The notes beneath the pieces are model-generated. The model worked only from the letters and a program-made list of their open reading frames with translations. It was not told where the DNA came from and searched no databases. From NCBI GenBank assembly GCA_000002445.1, contig AL929603.2, positions 256,001 to 320,000 of the forward strand: DNA of 64,000 bases. The letters are read 5' to 3'. Shown one piece after another: positions 63,876 through 64,000 of the stretch. The DNA comes from Trypanosoma brucei (lineage: Eukaryota). The position numbers were made by a program, and so were the translations under genes. How positions within the stretch are numbered: position 1 is the stretch's first letter; each line of letters begins with the position of its first letter.

Positions 63876-64000
63876 ATGAAGAGCGAGGGCTATACGATCA
63901 TGGCGTTACACCCGATGCTCGAACTCTTGCTGCGGAGGCTGAAGCGCAATATCGTGCCAGCTCCGAGTTCCTTCACGCACCTGCCGGTGGTTTACCCGCC
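63876..64000 (+). CDS. Possible 5-prime end of a further plus-strand gene running off the window (MKSEGYTIMALHPMLELLLRRLKRNIVPAP ...).
   Basis: ATG at 63876, open to the window end on the coding strand, preceded by a CT-rich tract. Too short to assess. Confidence 0.2.
   Translation, partial: MKSEGYTIMALHPMLELLLRRLKRNIVPAPSSFTHLPVVYP

Overview
This 64 kb window is eukaryotic, not prokaryotic. Its architecture is that of a kinetoplastid (Trypanosoma-like) nuclear chromosome: long intron-less ORFs in same-strand polycistronic blocks, polypyrimidine tracts upstream of start codons, (TA)n and (TG)n microsatellites, and a single divergent strand-switch region. Six genes run on the minus strand from about 23.2 kb down to 0.9 kb. 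Among them are a 4600-aa midasin (MDN1) AAA ATPase and a deoxyhypusine synthase. About 17 genes run on the plus strand from 32.6 kb to the window end. They include an enkurin-domain protein, a PDK/BCKDK-type mitochondrial kinase, a double ZZ-finger protein, two LRR proteins (one with an MGCAGS dual-acylation N-terminus), a 1118-aa polytopic membrane metallophosphoesterase, a Rad1-like clamp subunit, Rrp8 rRNA methyltransferase, FAD-dependent glycerol-3-phosphate dehydrogenase, TMEM231 and delta-tubulin. The two blocks are separated by an unusually long (about 9.4 kb) ORF-free divergent strand-switch region. Strand compositional asymmetry flips inside it next to T12 and G14 homopolymers. I found no CRISPR array, no prokaryotic defence or operon architecture, no rRNA and no convincing tRNA. 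The most interesting observations are: (1) midasin starts about 35 aa before AAA1 and so lacks the roughly 300-aa N-terminal domain, while a separate 256-aa ORF with its own splice-acceptor-like tract sits 244 nt upstream; (2) two near-identical 152-bp direct repeats bracket the metallophosphoesterase and Rad1-like gene pair; (3) the long strand-switch region with homopolymer tracts at the skew switch; (4) a short deoxyhypusine synthase paralog that keeps the catalytic lysine. All product assignments rest on motif and homology recognition by eye; no searches were run.
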